This document shows, one piece after another, positions 1-11,460 of a DNA stretch of 64,000 bases. The DNA is from an uncultured Gemmatimonadaceae bacterium (lineage in GTDB: Bacteria > Gemmatimonadota > Gemmatimonadetes > Gemmatimonadales > Gemmatimonadaceae). The notes beneath the pieces are model-generated. The model had not been told where the DNA came from. It did not search any database and saw nothing but the letters and a program-made list of their open reading frames with translations. The stretch's first letter is position 1; each line of letters starts with the position of its first letter. The position numbers were made by a program, and so were the translations under genes. The DNA lies in assembly GCA_963781585.1 (NCBI GenBank), contig CAWAGQ010000011.1, forward strand, positions 320,001 to 384,000. Reading direction: 5' to 3'.

Positions 1-737
1 GCAGCGCAGCGGTGGTCTCGGTCACGGCGCTTCGCCGCTTCGGCCTCCGCCTGTCGGTAGCGCCGCGCAAGGCATTCGACCGGACTATCCTGCGCGAAGC
101 GCTCCCGATTTCCGCGTCGGAATTGATCTGGGTCGTTCGCATGTACCTCCCCACCCTGGCGCTCTGGTACGTGGTGTCGCCGGCGTCGGTGGGACGCTTC
201 GACGTGTCCCATCGCGTGCTGATGGTCCTGCACGGGCTGCTGACGATGTATCTGATCAATCTGTATACGCCGCTTTCCCAGGCAGCGCATGGGCCGCAGC
301 GGCGCTTCGTGGGACTGCTTGCCGGGTCGGCGGCCTTCGCCACGACGGCTGCGACGCTGGGCGCGATTGTGATCGCGGTGCGTCCGGCCATGCTCCTGAA
401 TGCCCTGTTTGGCGCGCAGTTCAGCACGCCGGAAGGCGCGGCGACGCTCGTCATCCTCGCGTCTCTCATTCCGGTGCTGACCCTGCGCGGTCACGCGATG
501 TACGCGCTGGTGGCGCTGGGCCGGCAGCGACGCGAGCTGGCGTGCTCGATCGCGGGAAGCGTGGTGCTGGCCGTGTTGCTGTGGATGTGGGTCCCGGCCT
601 GGGGCGTTCGTGGCGCGGGGTTCGCCATGCTCGGATCGGAGTCGTTCGCGCTCCTGCTGACCGTGGTCGCGCTCGTCGACGCGCTCCGACGGCCCACCCG
701 GATCACCACCGACTCCGAGGTCGTGGCGATCTCCTGA
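1..737 (+). CDS. Polysaccharide flippase / oligosaccharide translocase (Wzx/MOP family), 5'-truncated by window edge
   Basis: Multi-TM ORF with typical C-terminal 'LWMWVPAWGVRGAGFAMLGSE' segment; frame is open to the window start. Confidence 0.65.
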   Translation, partial: SAAVVSVTALRRFGLRLSVAPRKAFDRTILREALPISASELIWVVRMYLPTLALWYVVSPASVGRFDVSHRVLMVLHGLLTMYLINLYTPLSQAAHGPQRRFVGLLAGSAAFATTAATLGAIVIAVRPAMLLNALFGAQFSTPEGAATLVILASLIPVLTLRGHAMYALVALGRQRRELACSIAGSVVLAVLLWMWVPAWGVRGAGFAMLGSESFALLLTVVALVDALRRPTRITTDSEVVAIS

Positions 738-976
738 ATGGTCGGCCGGCCCGCGGTCGGCACCGGTGGTGTCGCCCGTGCTGCCGCTGTGGCCGGTGCG
801 ACGCGGGCCATTGGTCCCTTCCTGACGCGGCGGGCGGATTGCAGGTTATCCATTCTGGCGATGCGCCGCGCGTCGTGCCGCGACGCCGCGATGTGACCGC
901 AGCCTGCGAGCCCGCTCGCTGCGCAGGGCACGACCTGGACCCGACGGGATCGCCGACTTCCACAGACGGACGAACA

Positions 977-1318
977 ATGCCCAACCTCGAGAATCAGATG
1001 CCGGAGTCGCGATCGGATGACCTCGATCGAGTGGCCACCGAGATCACGGATCGCCTGCGCGCGCGCGGCATCGCGATCCTGTCGCACGATACGACCGATG
1101 ATCTGGCCGCGCTGCTCGACGAAGTGGAGGCCTTCGAACTCGCGGTCGAGGAGGAGGGGGGAGATCTGATGATCGCGGAGCCGCGCGAAGGGAAGACGGC
1201 CGAGCCGGGCGACGAACAGTTCGCCCTCCCGGTGCGCGGCCCCCTCGAATCGGCGGGTGGCTACGTGGCGCGTCTGGCCGCCGCGACGCGCCGTGTGAGG
1301 CGCCACCCGGGTCGCTGA
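977..1318 (+). CDS. Hypothetical acidic protein (~113 aa)
   Basis: ATG at 977 inside ORF 542..1318; MPNLENQ...VEAFELAVEEEGGDLMIAEP; coding-like codon use. Confidence 0.6.
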   Translation: MPNLENQMPESRSDDLDRVATEITDRLRARGIAILSHDTTDDLAALLDEVEAFELAVEEEGGDLMIAEPREGKTAEPGDEQFALPVRGPLESAGGYVARLAAATRRVRRHPGR

Positions 1319-1346
1319 AGCGGCGGTCGCCGTTACGCGACTGTAT

Positions 1347-1387
1347 GCAAGTGCCTACTTGCGGCCCTTCCGGGTGCCCGCTAGCCT
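1347..1387 (+). promoter_or_regulatory. Sigma70-like promoter (TTGCGG-17bp-TAGCCT) overlapped by inverted repeat GCAAGT-GCCT-ACTTGC, a candidate TetR operator
   Basis: -35 at 1359..1364, -10 at 1382..1387, palindrome at 1347..1362; the tetR ATG is 9 nt after the -10. Confidence 0.55.
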
Positions 1388-1396
1388 TCGGCGCCT

Positions 1397-2026
1397 ATGA
1401 TCAGCCGCGAGAAGCTGCTCGAAGCCGCGATGCGCGTCTTTGCGGAATCCGGATTCCGCGGAGCCACCACGCGCCGGATCGCTGAAGAGGCCGGCGTCAA
1501 TGAAGTCACGCTGTTTCGTCTCTTCAAGTCGAAAACGGCGCTGATCCGCGAAGCGACACAGTTCCGCGCGCAGGCGCGCTCCGAGTCGTCCCTGCCCGCC
1601 GTGCCGCGGCATCCACAGCGGGAACTGACGCAGTGGTGCACCGTACAGCTGGCCTTCCTCATGCGCTCGCGCGCGCTCATCCGCAAGTGCATGGCTGAGC
1701 TCGAGGAGCATCCGGAGATGGCGGAGTGTATGCGGGATAGTCCGCCGATGGCGCACTCGCAACTTCGTCACTACGCCGACGCGTTGTGCCGCCGCCACCA
1801 CGTGGCGTACCGCGGCGATCTGGTCGACGTCGCGTGCACGATGCTGGTCGGCGCCCTGTTCGCCGACGCCATGGGTCGCGAGATGATGCCCGAGATGTAT
1901 CCGCAACCGGAGCGGAAGGCGCCGGCGCAGTACGCGCGCTGCTTCCTGCGGGCGATCGGAATCGCCGAGGCGAAGCGCGCGCAGACCAATGGCGCGCGCC
2001 GGACGCGCCGCGCCGCCAGCGCCTGA
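1397..2026 (+). CDS. TetR/AcrR family transcriptional regulator
   Basis: N-terminal HTH 'LLEAAMRVFAESGFRGATTRRIAEEAGVNEVTLFRLFKSK'. Confidence 0.95.
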   Translation: MISREKLLEAAMRVFAESGFRGATTRRIAEEAGVNEVTLFRLFKSKTALIREATQFRAQARSESSLPAVPRHPQRELTQWCTVQLAFLMRSRALIRKCMAELEEHPEMAECMRDSPPMAHSQLRHYADALCRRHHVAYRGDLVDVACTMLVGALFADAMGREMMPEMYPQPERKAPAQYARCFLRAIGIAEAKRAQTNGARRTRRAASA

Positions 2027-2051
2027 AGCCCTTCTCCATTCCTCCACGTCC

Positions 2052-3689
2052 ATGTCCCGCATCCACTCATTCGCCGTCGCTGCGCTCGTGATCGTCCCCG
2101 CGACCGGCGCCGCCCAGCAGACTCGCACGCTGTCGCTCAACGAGGCGCTGCGCCTGGCGGCATCGCAGAGCGAAGCGGTGCGCATCGCGCAGGCCGGTGT
2201 CGAGCGCGCCCACGGACAGCAGATGCAGGCGTTCAGCCAGTACCTGCCGCAGATCTCCGCGTCGCTCAGTTACACCCGCACCCTCGCCTCGCAATTCTCC
2301 GCGCTGAGCGCGGGTGCCGCGCCGCAACCGCCGGCCGGCACGCCCCCGCCGCCACCCGAGGACACGACCACCTACTTCACCCCCTGTACGCGATATCTGG
2401 CCCCCATGACGGCCACCGACGCCGAACGCGTGGCGGGCCTGGAGACCTTCGCGCGATGTTCATCGGGTGGCGGCGGCGGCATCGACTTCTCCCGCGTCGG
2501 ATTCGGCGCGAGGAATCAGTACCAGGTCGGGCTGCAGGGATCGATGACGCTCTTTTCCGGCGGCCGCGTCCCCGCCCAGAATCAGGCCGCCGACGCGGCG
2601 CGACGCACGGCCGACATCGAACTGGCGTCGCAACGCGCCCAGCTGGCGCTCGACGTGACCGAATCGTACTTCAACGCCGTCCTCGCCGACCGCCTGGTGG
2701 CCATCGCGGAATCGTCGCTCGCCCAGACCGAGAGCGTGCTGCAGCAAACGCGTCTGGCGCGGGAAGTGGGCAACCAGTCGGAGTTCGAGCTGCTCCGCGC
2801 CCAGGTGACGCGCGACAATCAGGTCCCCACGGTCCTGCAGCGACGCACCGACCGCGATGTCGCATACCTCCGCCTGAAACAGTTGCTGAACCTTCCGGCG
2901 GCGGGCCCGGTGGCGCTCACCACTCAGCTCGCCGACGAAAAGGAGTTGCTGGCGGCGTCGCGAACGGCCGGTCTCCCGGCCGCCCTCAGCGTCGCGGAGG
3001 CGGATACCAGCGCGGCCGACCGGGCGCCGGTGCGACAGCTCGAGGAAGCGCTCTCGGTGCAGGAGGCGCAGTTGCGGATCACCAGGGCCGAGCGGTATCC
3101 CTCGCTCACGCTCTCCTCGTCGTATGGACGGCTCGCGTTTCCGCAGGGCGCTGTTCCCAACTGGTCGAATTTCCTGACCAACTGGACGGTGACGGTGGGC
3201 GCCAGTTTCCCGCTGTTCACCGGCGGACGCATCCGCGGCGGCGCGATGATGGCCGAAGCCGGGGTGCAGGAGGCGCGCGAGCGCATCCAGCAGGCGCAGG
3301 AGCTTGCGGCGCTCGACGCCGCGCAGACGTCGGCGCAGTTGCGCCAGGCCGAGGCGGCGCTCCAGGCGAGCGCGGGAACAGCCGAGCAGGCGGCCAAGGC
3401 ATACTCCATCGCCGAAGTGCGCTTTCGCGAGGGACTGTCGACGCAGATCGAACTGAACGACTCGCGTCTCCTGTTGCAGCAGGCAAGCGCGAACCAGGCG
3501 CAGGCGGTTCGCAACCTGCAGGTGGCGCGGATTCGCCTCGCGCTGCTGCGGGATCTGCCGCTGGGCGCGGCCACGGGCGCGTCGGCGGGTGCGAACACGA
3601 CCGTTTCGCCGCAGAGCACGACCGCCTCCCCGCCGAGCGCGGCTTCCACGACCCAGCGGACCGGCGCTTCGCCGCAACCACCGCAATGA
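2052..3689 (+). CDS. TolC family outer membrane efflux protein
   Basis: Signal peptide from MSRIHSF; two OEP repeats; 'AEVRFREGLSTQIELND'; position in RND operon. Confidence 0.9.
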   Translation: MSRIHSFAVAALVIVPATGAAQQTRTLSLNEALRLAASQSEAVRIAQAGVERAHGQQMQAFSQYLPQISASLSYTRTLASQFSALSAGAAPQPPAGTPPPPPEDTTTYFTPCTRYLAPMTATDAERVAGLETFARCSSGGGGGIDFSRVGFGARNQYQVGLQGSMTLFSGGRVPAQNQAADAARRTADIELASQRAQLALDVTESYFNAVLADRLVAIAESSLAQTESVLQQTRLAREVGNQSEFELLRAQVTRDNQVPTVLQRRTDRDVAYLRLKQLLNLPAAGPVALTTQLADEKELLAASRTAGLPAALSVAEADTSAADRAPVRQLEEALSVQEAQLRITRAERYPSLTLSSSYGRLAFPQGAVPNWSNFLTNWTVTVGASFPLFTGGRIRGGAMMAEAGVQEARERIQQAQELAALDAAQTSAQLRQAEAALQASAGTAEQAAKAYSIAEVRFREGLSTQIELNDSRLLLQQASANQAQAVRNLQVARIRLALLRDLPLGAATGASAGANTTVSPQSTTASPPSAASTTQRTGASPQPPQ

Positions 3690-3739
3690 CGATAGGCAAT
3701 CCGGAACACCTGACGCGCAGGATAAAGGAGCGGAACGCA

Positions 3740-4870
3740 ATGAGTGTCACATGCACGAAGCGGGTTGCTGCGGGGGCGTCGGTCGCGGCCGTCGTGCTGC
3801 TCGCCGCTTGCGGCGGCAGGCCGGCCAACGCACGGGAGGACGGCGCAACGGGCGCGGTTGCGATCGGCCCGGAGAACGTCTTCGTGGTCGCGTCGGACAC
3901 GCTCGCCAGCGGTCCCGCGGTATCGGGGACGCTGGAGCCCGAGCGCGAGGCCACGGTCCGCGCGCAGGTGTCGGGCGCGGTGATGTCGGTGGCGGTGGAC
4001 CAGGGAACGCACGTGCGCGCCGGCGACCTGCTCGCGCAACTGGACGACCGCACGCTGCGCGACGCCTGGCTGTCAGCCAAGTCGAACCTGACCACCGCCC
4101 AACTCACCGCCGAGCGCGCGCAGCGCGATCTGGAGCGTTCCGAACGCCTGTCGGCGGCCGGCGCGATCGCCGATCGGGATCTGGAGCAGGCGAAGTGGAA
4201 CAACACGTCGGCGCAATCGCAGCTGGCCGATGCCCAGTCGCGCCTGACGATGGCGAAGAAGCAGCTCGACGACGCGCGGATCACCGCGCCGTTCACCGGG
4301 ATCATCAGCACCCGGTCGGTGGCGGCGGGCGATGTGGCGCAACCCGGTACCGCGCTGTTCACGGTGGTCGATCCGTCGAGCATGCAGTACCAGGCGACCG
4401 TCACCGCCCAGCAACTCGGACAGGTGCGGCTGGGCGCGCCGGTGACGTTCGCGGTGACCGGCTATCCGGGCAAGCGGTTCGACGGGAAGGTGACGCGGAT
4501 CAGCCCCACCGCCGACCAGGCTACCGGCCAGGTGCGCGTCATCGTCTCCGTGCCTAACGGGGCGGGAACGCTGGTGGGCGGCCTGTTCGCCGACGGCCGC
4601 ATCCAGTCGGAGCGGCGGGTGGGGATCACCGCCCCCTTCACCGCGGTCGACCTGCGCGGCCTGCGCCCGATGGTGCTGCGGCTCAAGAACGGCAAGTCCG
4701 AGCACGTCGAGGTCACGCTCGGGGTCCGCGATGAGGACCGCGAGCGGTTCGAGATCGTGCAGGGCGTGAGTCCGGGAGATACGCTGCTGATTGGCGCGGC
4801 GCAGGGCATCTCGCCGGGAACGACGGTGCGCGTGGGATCGCCGTCCGACCGGCCCGCAACCAAGAGCTGA
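3740..4870 (+). CDS. RND efflux periplasmic adaptor (MFP) lipoprotein
   Basis: RBS AAGGAG at 3725; lipobox LLAAC; 'VDQGTHVRAGDLLAQLD' and 'ITAPFTG' motifs. Confidence 0.92.
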   Translation: MSVTCTKRVAAGASVAAVVLLAACGGRPANAREDGATGAVAIGPENVFVVASDTLASGPAVSGTLEPEREATVRAQVSGAVMSVAVDQGTHVRAGDLLAQLDDRTLRDAWLSAKSNLTTAQLTAERAQRDLERSERLSAAGAIADRDLEQAKWNNTSAQSQLADAQSRLTMAKKQLDDARITAPFTGIISTRSVAAGDVAQPGTALFTVVDPSSMQYQATVTAQQLGQVRLGAPVTFAVTGYPGKRFDGKVTRISPTADQATGQVRVIVSVPNGAGTLVGGLFADGRIQSERRVGITAPFTAVDLRGLRPMVLRLKNGKSEHVEVTLGVRDEDRERFEIVQGVSPGDTLLIGAAQGISPGTTVRVGSPSDRPATKS

Positions 4871-4881
4871 GGTCCGCCCGC

Positions 4882-7800
4882 ATGCTCATCTCCGATTTTG
4901 CCATCCGGCGGCCGATGGTCACCGTGGTGACCGTGCTGGCACTGGTGATCTTCGGGCTCTTCGCGCTGCTCCGGCTGCAGACCGACGAGTACCCGGACGT
5001 GCAGCAGCCGATCGTCAACGTCTCCATTCCCTATCCCGGCGCGTCGCCCGACGTGGTGGAGCGCGAAGTGCTGGACCGCGTGGAGGAGGCCGTCTCGGGC
5101 ATCAGCGGCGTGGACCAGATGTCGGGGAGCGCGCAGGACGGGTTCGCCAACGTCCTCGTCACCTTCCTGTTCGAGAAGGACATCCAGCAGGCCACCCAGG
5201 ACATCCGCGACAAGATCTCCGCGATTCGCGACCAGCTGCCGCCGGAAATGAAGGAGCCGATCCTGACGCGGTTCGATCCGTCGGATTATCCGATCGTGCA
5301 GGTGGCGCTGAACTCGACCACGCTCTCAGCACCGGAGCTCACCCGACTCGCCGACCCGGACATGACGCGCGAGCTGCGCGGCATCGAAGGAGTGGCCAAC
5401 GTCACCGTGGCCGGCGGCGTGGAACGGGAGCTCACCGTCTACATCCGGCCCGAAGCCATGCAGGCCGCCGGTGTGAGCGTGGCCGAAGTGGTGGCGGCGC
5501 TCCAGGCGCAGAACATCGCCGTCCCGGTCGGGAAGCTGAACGGCGCCCTCGACCAACGCTCCATCCGGCTCCGCGGCAAGCTCCAGGCGCCGGAAGATTT
5601 TCTCGCGCTGACGGTCGCCGAGCGCGGCGGCACCCCGATCCGACTGGGCCAGGTGGCCACCGTGCTCGACGGAACGGCCGAGCCGACCTCGATCGCGCTC
5701 TACAGCGGCAACGAGTCGGTGGGTTTGCTGGTGAACAAGGCGAAGGGGTACAGCACCACCCAGGTGGCCGGCCAGGTGCTCGCTCGGATTCACGAGATGG
5801 AGAAGACCCTCCCGCCGGGCACGACGATGCAGGTGGTGCAGAATTCGGGCGATCGCGTGAGCCGGTCGGTCACCGACGTGGACCGCACGCTGTTCGTCGG
5901 CGCCTTCCTCACGGTCCTGGTGGTGTTCCTCTTTCTGAACTCGTGGCGGTCGACGGTCATCACCGGGCTGGCGCTGCCGGTGTCGGTGCTGTCCGCGTTC
6001 ATCGCGGTCTACGCGTTCGGCTTTACGCTCAACACGATGTCGCTGATGGGTCTCTCGCTGGCCATCGGCATCCTGATCGACGACGCGATCGTGGTCCGGG
6101 AGAACATCGTCCGCCACATCGAGCGCGGGAAAGACCACTACACGGCATCGCGGGAAGCAACGGACGAAATCGGTCTCGCGGTCGCCGCCACGTCGTTTTC
6201 GATCATCGCGGTGTTCGTGCCGGTGGCGTTCATGTACGGCATCGCCGGCCAGTGGTTCAAGCCGTTCGCGCTGACCATTGCCTGCGCGGTGCTCGTCTCG
6301 CTGTTCGTCTCGTTCTCGCTCGACCCGATGCTCTCGGCCTACTGGGCCGATCCGCAGCTCGAGGCGGGGCAGCACCGCAACTGGCTGTCACGCAAGCTGG
6401 AGGGCTTCAACCGCTGGTTCAACCGGCTCACGCGGCGCTACACGCTGGTGGTGGCGTGGGCGCTGGACCATCGGTGGTGGATGGTGCTGCTTGCCGTGAC
6501 GGCGTTCTTCGGCGCGATCTTCCTCCAGGTCACCTTCGGCGGCTTCGGATTCGTCCCCGATTCCGACCGCAGCGAGTTCGTGATTCAGGTGGAAACACCC
6601 CCGGGATCGAATCTCGACTATACGCGCCTGAAGACCGAGGAAGCGGCGCGAATGGCGCGCGCCCATCGTGAGATTGCCTACACGTTCAGCACCATCGGGA
6701 GCGGCGGCCTGGCGGTGCCCGGTGGCGCGCTCGGCTCTCCGGAGCTCGGCACGATCTACGTGAAGATGATCAGGAAATCCGACCGCAGCATCAGCCAGAA
6801 GGATTTCGGCGAGGTGATGCGGCACGAAGTGGCGCAGATCGGCGGGGCGACGGTCTCGGTGTTCGTCGCGGGATTCGGCGCCGCGGCGCTCAAGCAGATC
6901 CAGGTACAGCTGCGCGGCAGGGACGCGAACGTGCTGAATGTGCTCGCCGATTCGGTGATGCAGGTGGTGAAGAGCGTTCCCGGCGCGGTGGACGTCGGCC
7001 TCTCCACCAAAGGCCAGAAGCCGGAACTCGAGATCCAGCTCAACCGCCCGCTGGCGGGCGCGCTCGGGGTGACGGTCGGGCAGGTCGCGCAGGCGCTGCG
7101 TCCGGCGTTCGCCGGTGTGGACGCCGGCGACTGGGTCGATCCATCGGGCGAGAACCGGAAGGTACGTGTGCGCCTGACGCCGGAATCGCGCACCCGGGTG
7201 GTGGACATCCAGCGGCTCCCGCTGCTGGTCCCGAAGCCCGGAGGCGGCAGCGTCGCCATGCCGCTCGGACAGATCGCCACGATTTCCGAAGGGCGCGCGC
7301 CCGCCGTTATCACGCATCTGGACCGGGACAACGTCGTGGCAATCCAGGCGAACATCACCGGACGCTCGCTGGGTGAGGTGAACGGCGACATTCAGAAGAA
7401 GCTCGCGAGCTTCCCCCTGCCGGCGGGGTATCGCTTCTCGGCCGGCGGCGAAGTGCAGGACCAGCAGCGGTTCTTCAGCAGCCTGTTCGCTGCGCTGGGG
7501 CTCGCGGTCATGCTCATGTACCTCATTCTGGTCGTGCAGTTCGGGTCGTTCCTGGATCCACTGGCCATCATGATGTCGTTGCCGCTGTCGCTCATCGGTG
7601 TGGTGCTGGCGCTGCTGGTCACCGGCGGAAACTTCAACATCATGGCGATGATCGGCGTGATCCTGCTCATGGGGATCGTGGCGAAGAACGCGATTCTGCT
7701 GATCGACTTCGCCAAGTGGGCGCGCGAGAAGGAAGGATTGCCGTTGCGGGACGCACTGATCGAAGCGGGGTCGATTCGGTTGCGACCGATTCTGATGACC

Positions 7801-8058
7801 ACGCTTGCCCTGATCGCAGGCATGCTGCCGGTGGCGATTGGCGCCGGTGAAGGGGGCGACTTCCGCGCGCCGCTGGGACGGGCCGTGATCGGAGGCGTGA
7901 TCACGTCCACGATCCTCACCCTGCTCGTGATCCCGACGTTCTACGAGATCTTCGACAGCTGGCGTCAGAGGTTCTCGCGCGGGGTGGGTGTGCGGGTGCG
8001 GCAGAAGACGGCGACCCATCCGGTGCCGGGGCGGGCGTTGCCCGAGTCGGGGGATTAG
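4882..8058 (+). CDS. RND efflux transporter permease (AcrB/HAE1 family)
   Basis: 1058 aa; '[14 protein letters not shown]', '[13 protein letters not shown]' and 'RLRPILMTT' motifs. Confidence 0.97.
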   Translation: MLISDFAIRRPMVTVVTVLALVIFGLFALLRLQTDEYPDVQQPIVNVSIPYPGASPDVVEREVLDRVEEAVSGISGVDQMSGSAQDGFANVLVTFLFEKDIQQATQDIRDKISAIRDQLPPEMKEPILTRFDPSDYPIVQVALNSTTLSAPELTRLADPDMTRELRGIEGVANVTVAGGVERELTVYIRPEAMQAAGVSVAEVVAALQAQNIAVPVGKLNGALDQRSIRLRGKLQAPEDFLALTVAERGGTPIRLGQVATVLDGTAEPTSIALYSGNESVGLLVNKAKGYSTTQVAGQVLARIHEMEKTLPPGTTMQVVQNSGDRVSRSVTDVDRTLFVGAFLTVLVVFLFLNSWRSTVITGLALPVSVLSAFIAVYAFGFTLNTMSLMGLSLAIGILIDDAIVVRENIVRHIERGKDHYTASREATDEIGLAVAATSFSIIAVFVPVAFMYGIAGQWFKPFALTIACAVLVSLFVSFSLDPMLSAYWADPQLEAGQHRNWLSRKLEGFNRWFNRLTRRYTLVVAWALDHRWWMVLLAVTAFFGAIFLQVTFGGFGFVPDSDRSEFVIQVETPPGSNLDYTRLKTEEAARMARAHREIAYTFSTIGSGGLAVPGGALGSPELGTIYVKMIRKSDRSISQKDFGEVMRHEVAQIGGATVSVFVAGFGAAALKQIQVQLRGRDANVLNVLADSVMQVVKSVPGAVDVGLSTKGQKPELEIQLNRPLAGALGVTVGQVAQALRPAFAGVDAGDWVDPSGENRKVRVRLTPESRTRVVDIQRLPLLVPKPGGGSVAMPLGQIATISEGRAPAVITHLDRDNVVAIQANITGRSLGEVNGDIQKKLASFPLPAGYRFSAGGEVQDQQRFFSSLFAALGLAVMLMYLILVVQFGSFLDPLAIMMSLPLSLIGVVLALLVTGGNFNIMAMIGVILLMGIVAKNAILLIDFAKWAREKEGLPLRDALIEAGSIRLRPILMTTLALIAGMLPVAIGAGEGGDFRAPLGRAVIGGVITSTILTLLVIPTFYEIFDSWRQRFSRGVGVRVRQKTATHPVPGRALPESGD

Positions 8059-8072
8059 CGGAGAAGGCAGGC

Positions 8073-8217
<145 letters not shown>

Positions 8218-8286
8218 ATGGCGCTCTCGACTTTTCGCGCGGTGGGCTAGATTCGTGGCTTCAACCCCGGATGCGTCGCAGTCGCC

Positions 8287-8910
8287 GTGACTCCTGCCAT
8301 ACTTGCCGCAGCACCACTGATTCCCCCGACGTCGACAATCCTGTCGCGTCTGAGCGAGGCGTGGGGATACGTGGTGCTGGCCGTGTCGACGATCTTCACC
8401 GAGGAACTCGCACCGGTCGTGGGCGGTTTCGCGGCGGAGCAGGGGCACGTGAGTCTGGTGGGGGTGATGGTGGCATGTGCGGCGGGAGTGTGGGCGCTGT
8501 CGCTCGGGTCATATGCCATCGGACACTGGAACGCGGCCTGGGTGCGCCTGTACGTGCGGCGCTCGTGGAAGACGGTGGGGCGGCTGCTCGGGTCGATGCG
8601 TGCGCGCCCATGGCGTGTATCGATCATGTCGCGCTTTGCCTTCGCGGCTCGGATCGCGTTCTCGATGGCTTGCGGGGCGGCGCATGTCCCGTTCGGTGTG
8701 TACGCTGCGGGGACGGCGATCGGCGCGATTGTGTGGTCGGTTGCGCTCACCATCCTCGGCTGGTTCTTCGGAGAGGGCGCGGTGCTGCTGCTGGGGCACG
8801 TACGACGCTATGAGGATCGTATTGCGGCGCTGCTGGTGGTGGCCGGCCTGATCGTGTATCTCATCATCCGGAGGCGAAGGGCGCGGACGGAGCAGCGCGG
8901 GGCATCGTGA
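8287..8910 (+). CDS. DedA/VTT family membrane protein
   Basis: 'STIFTEELAPVVGGFAAEQG', 'SRFAFAARIAFSMACG', TM pattern. Confidence 0.85.
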   Translation: MTPAILAAAPLIPPTSTILSRLSEAWGYVVLAVSTIFTEELAPVVGGFAAEQGHVSLVGVMVACAAGVWALSLGSYAIGHWNAAWVRLYVRRSWKTVGRLLGSMRARPWRVSIMSRFAFAARIAFSMACGAAHVPFGVYAAGTAIGAIVWSVALTILGWFFGEGAVLLLGHVRRYEDRIAALLVVAGLIVYLIIRRRRARTEQRGAS

Positions 8911-8929
8911 CCGCGGCCACTGATTTCCG

Positions 8930-9003
8930 GTTGATGAATGCCCGAACTGGTTGCTCTGAGCCCCTGGCTCATGGCTGACACCTGATAACCAACTCTGACA
9001 ACC
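8930..9003 (-). repeat. Degenerate heptamer repeats (CAGNNNT type) downstream of the decarboxylase
   Basis: Minus strand TGGTTAT CAGGTGT CAGCCAT GAGCCAG. Confidence 0.45.
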
Positions 9004-9004
9004 A

Positions 9005-10495
9005 TCATCGTGCCGCCGCCTTCTGAAGCAGTTGCCACGCTTCCGCCACGTGCTTGCGCTCGGTCCGCACGTTGCCGATCGACAGGCGCAGGACCATCCG
9101 GCCGTGGAGCCTGGTGTGCGACAGCAACACACGCCCGCTGGCGTTGACGGCATCCAGGATCTGCTGGTTGCGCCGGTCGCACTCCTCGTCAGGCAGACCG
9201 CGCGGCGCGTAGCGAAAACATACCAGCGAGAACATCTGCGGAGCGGCCAGCACCCAGTCGGGATCGGCCGCGACCCATGAGGCGAATTCGCGCGCCATCT
9301 CCATGTGACCGCGGAGGCGCTGGGCGATGCCCGACACCCCGAACGCGCGGATCACCATCCAGAGTTTGAGCGCGCGGAACCGCCGGCCGAGCTGGACGCC
9401 GTAGTCCATCAGGTTCACCACGACATCCTGCTCGGCCGTCACCAGGTACTCGGGCACGAGCGAGAACGCGCGCTTCAGCACCTCGGGGCGGCGCGTGTAG
9501 AGCGCGGAGATGTCGACCGGCGTGAAGAGCCACTTGTGCGGATTCACCACCAGCGAGTCGGCATCCTCCACGCCGTCCATGATGGATTTGTGTTCTGGTG
9601 TGATGGCCGCCACTCCGGCGTACGAGGCATCCACGTGCAGCCAGAGGTTCTCGCGGCGGCAGATGGCGGCGATGGCGGGCACCGGATCCACGCTCGCGGT
9701 ACTGGTGGTCCCGACCGTGGCCACCACCACCAGCGGCAGCCGCCCCTCTCGAAGGTCGGCCGCGATCGCTTCGTCGAGCGCGCCGGGCAGCATCCGGAAC
9801 GCGTCGTCCACCGGAACGTGGACGATGTTGTCCTGACCGAAGCCTAACGTGAGAGCCGCCTTGTCCACCGACGAGTGCGACTGCGCCGACGTGTACAGGC
9901 GCAGAGGCGGCAGATCGGGCCGGCCCGCCATACCGCGGCGGCGGATCTCGAGCTCCGGCCGGGCTTCCCGCGCCGCGGCCAGCGCGTACAGGGTTGACAT
10001 CGACGCCGTGTCGTTGATCACGCCGAACCACCCCGCGCGCAGCCCCATCATCTGTCGCAGCCAGTCCAGCGCGCGCTGTTCGAGCTCGGTCGCCGCCGGC
10101 GACGTGCGCCAGAGCATGGCGTTGACATCGAGCGCCGCCGCCAGCATCTCGGCGGCGATCCCCGGCGCCGATGCCGAGATCGAGAAGTAGCCGAAGAAGC
10201 CGGGGTGATTCCAGTGGGTGACGCCGGGGATGAGGATCCGTTCGAAGTCGTCGAGAATCCGGTCCATCGGCTCGGCACCCGGCGGAGGCTCGGCGGGCAG
10301 GCGCGCGGCGATGTCGCCCGGCGCGACCCGGGCGAGCACGGGGTAGTCGTCCACCTCCGCCAGGTACCGCTCGATCCACGCGGTCACACGCGTGAGCGCG
10401 GCGTGAATCTCGGCTGGGGAGAGATCGCCCGCCGCCGGCGAGTGGGTCACGGCGGGCGTCGGGACGGCGTGCTGCGAGGGCAGTTCCCGGCTCAC
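9005..10495 (-). CDS. Group II PLP-dependent decarboxylase (aromatic L-amino-acid decarboxylase-like)
   Basis: 'GVTHWNHPGFFGYF', 'WLHVDASYAG', 'NPHKW' (PLP lysine), 'QLGRRFRALKLW'. Confidence 0.95.
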   Translation of the reverse strand: MSRELPSQHAVPTPAVTHSPAAGDLSPAEIHAALTRVTAWIERYLAEVDDYPVLARVAPGDIAARLPAEPPPGAEPMDRILDDFERILIPGVTHWNHPGFFGYFSISASAPGIAAEMLAAALDVNAMLWRTSPAATELEQRALDWLRQMMGLRAGWFGVINDTASMSTLYALAAAREARPELEIRRRGMAGRPDLPPLRLYTSAQSHSSVDKAALTLGFGQDNIVHVPVDDAFRMLPGALDEAIAADLREGRLPLVVVATVGTTSTASVDPVPAIAAICRRENLWLHVDASYAGVAAITPEHKSIMDGVEDADSLVVNPHKWLFTPVDISALYTRRPEVLKRAFSLVPEYLVTAEQDVVVNLMDYGVQLGRRFRALKLWMVIRAFGVSGIAQRLRGHMEMAREFASWVAADPDWVLAAPQMFSLVCFRYAPRGLPDEECDRRNQQILDAVNASGRVLLSHTRLHGRMVLRLSIGNVRTERKHVAEAWQLLQKAAAR

Positions 10496-11460
10496 GGCGC
10501 CTCCCGCACCGGCGCCGGGGCCAGCGGCCGCCCGGCTCCCTCCCGATCACGGCCGTACAGCGTGATCAGCGCCACCGCGGCCACGATCACCCCGCCGGCG
10601 ACAACGATCCGGAGCGACACGGCTTCGCCGGCCACCACCGCACCAAGCAGCACCGCGACGACCGGATTGACGAACGCGTAGGTCGCCGCCAGCGCCGCGC
10701 TGGTCACGCCGAGCAGGTACATGTAGGTGGAATAGCCGACCACCGACCCGATGAGGATGAGATACACCAGCGAGAACCCGGACCGCCGCGTCACCGCACT
10801 CCAATCGAAACCATGGTACTCGCCGGCGACCGCGCCGAGGACGAGGACCGTCGCGCCACCGGTCATCAATTGCACGGCGCTGGTCTGAAGTCCCGAGCCG
10901 AGCCGGGGGACCCCGCGGGCGTAGATCGAGCCGCCGGCCCACAGCACCGTGCCGGACAGGACCACCCCCGCGCCTAACGGGTCGATCGGCGCACCGCCCA
11001 TCGAGTGCGGCCCCACCAGGACTACCGTCCCGAACACCCCCAGCGCGAGGCCGGCCATCACCCCCCACGCCGGCCGCCGGCCGCCGGGGCGCCACCACTC
11101 CAGCAGCACCATCCAGCACGGCGTCATGGCCACCAGCAGCGACGCGACCCCCGACGGAATGCGTTGCACCGACCACGTGATCGACACGTTGCCCAGCGTG
11201 AGCAGGATGCCGACCACCACGTGCGGTCGCCAGGCCGGGCTCACGCCCACGATGCCGCTCCGCCACGCCGCCAGCGCCAGGAGCACCGCGCCGGCCATGA
11301 AGAACCGGAACCCCGACACGCCGACGGGGGGAATGGTCTCCCCGGCAAAACGCATGAAGATGTAGGTCGAACCCCACACCACGTACAACGCGGCGAACGC
11401 CGTAATCAGCTGGCCGCGGGGCGCGTGCCCGTGCGGTCCGCCGCCGAAAGTCGTACTCAT
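10492..11460 (-). CDS. EamA/DMT family transporter (YedA-like)
   Basis: 'ALYVVWGSTY' and 'TYAFVNPVVAVLLG'; start ATG overlaps the upstream permease stop. Confidence 0.9.
   Translation of the reverse strand: MSTTFGGGPHGHAPRGQLITAFAALYVVWGSTYIFMRFAGETIPPVGVSGFRFFMAGAVLLALAAWRSGIVGVSPAWRPHVVVGILLTLGNVSITWSVQRIPSGVASLLVAMTPCWMVLLEWWRPGGRRPAWGVMAGLALGVFGTVVLVGPHSMGGAPIDPLGAGVVLSGTVLWAGGSIYARGVPRLGSGLQTSAVQLMTGGATVLVLGAVAGEYHGFDWSAVTRRSGFSLVYLILIGSVVGYSTYMYLLGVTSAALAATYAFVNPVVAVLLGAVVAGEAVSLRIVVAGGVIVAAVALITLYGRDREGAGRPLAPAPVREAP

Noticed and set aside
2456..3739. 804-aa ORF suggesting a long N-terminal fusion to the MFP
   Set aside because: The upstream part is an off-frame overlap of tolC; the RBS and lipobox support a start at 3740.
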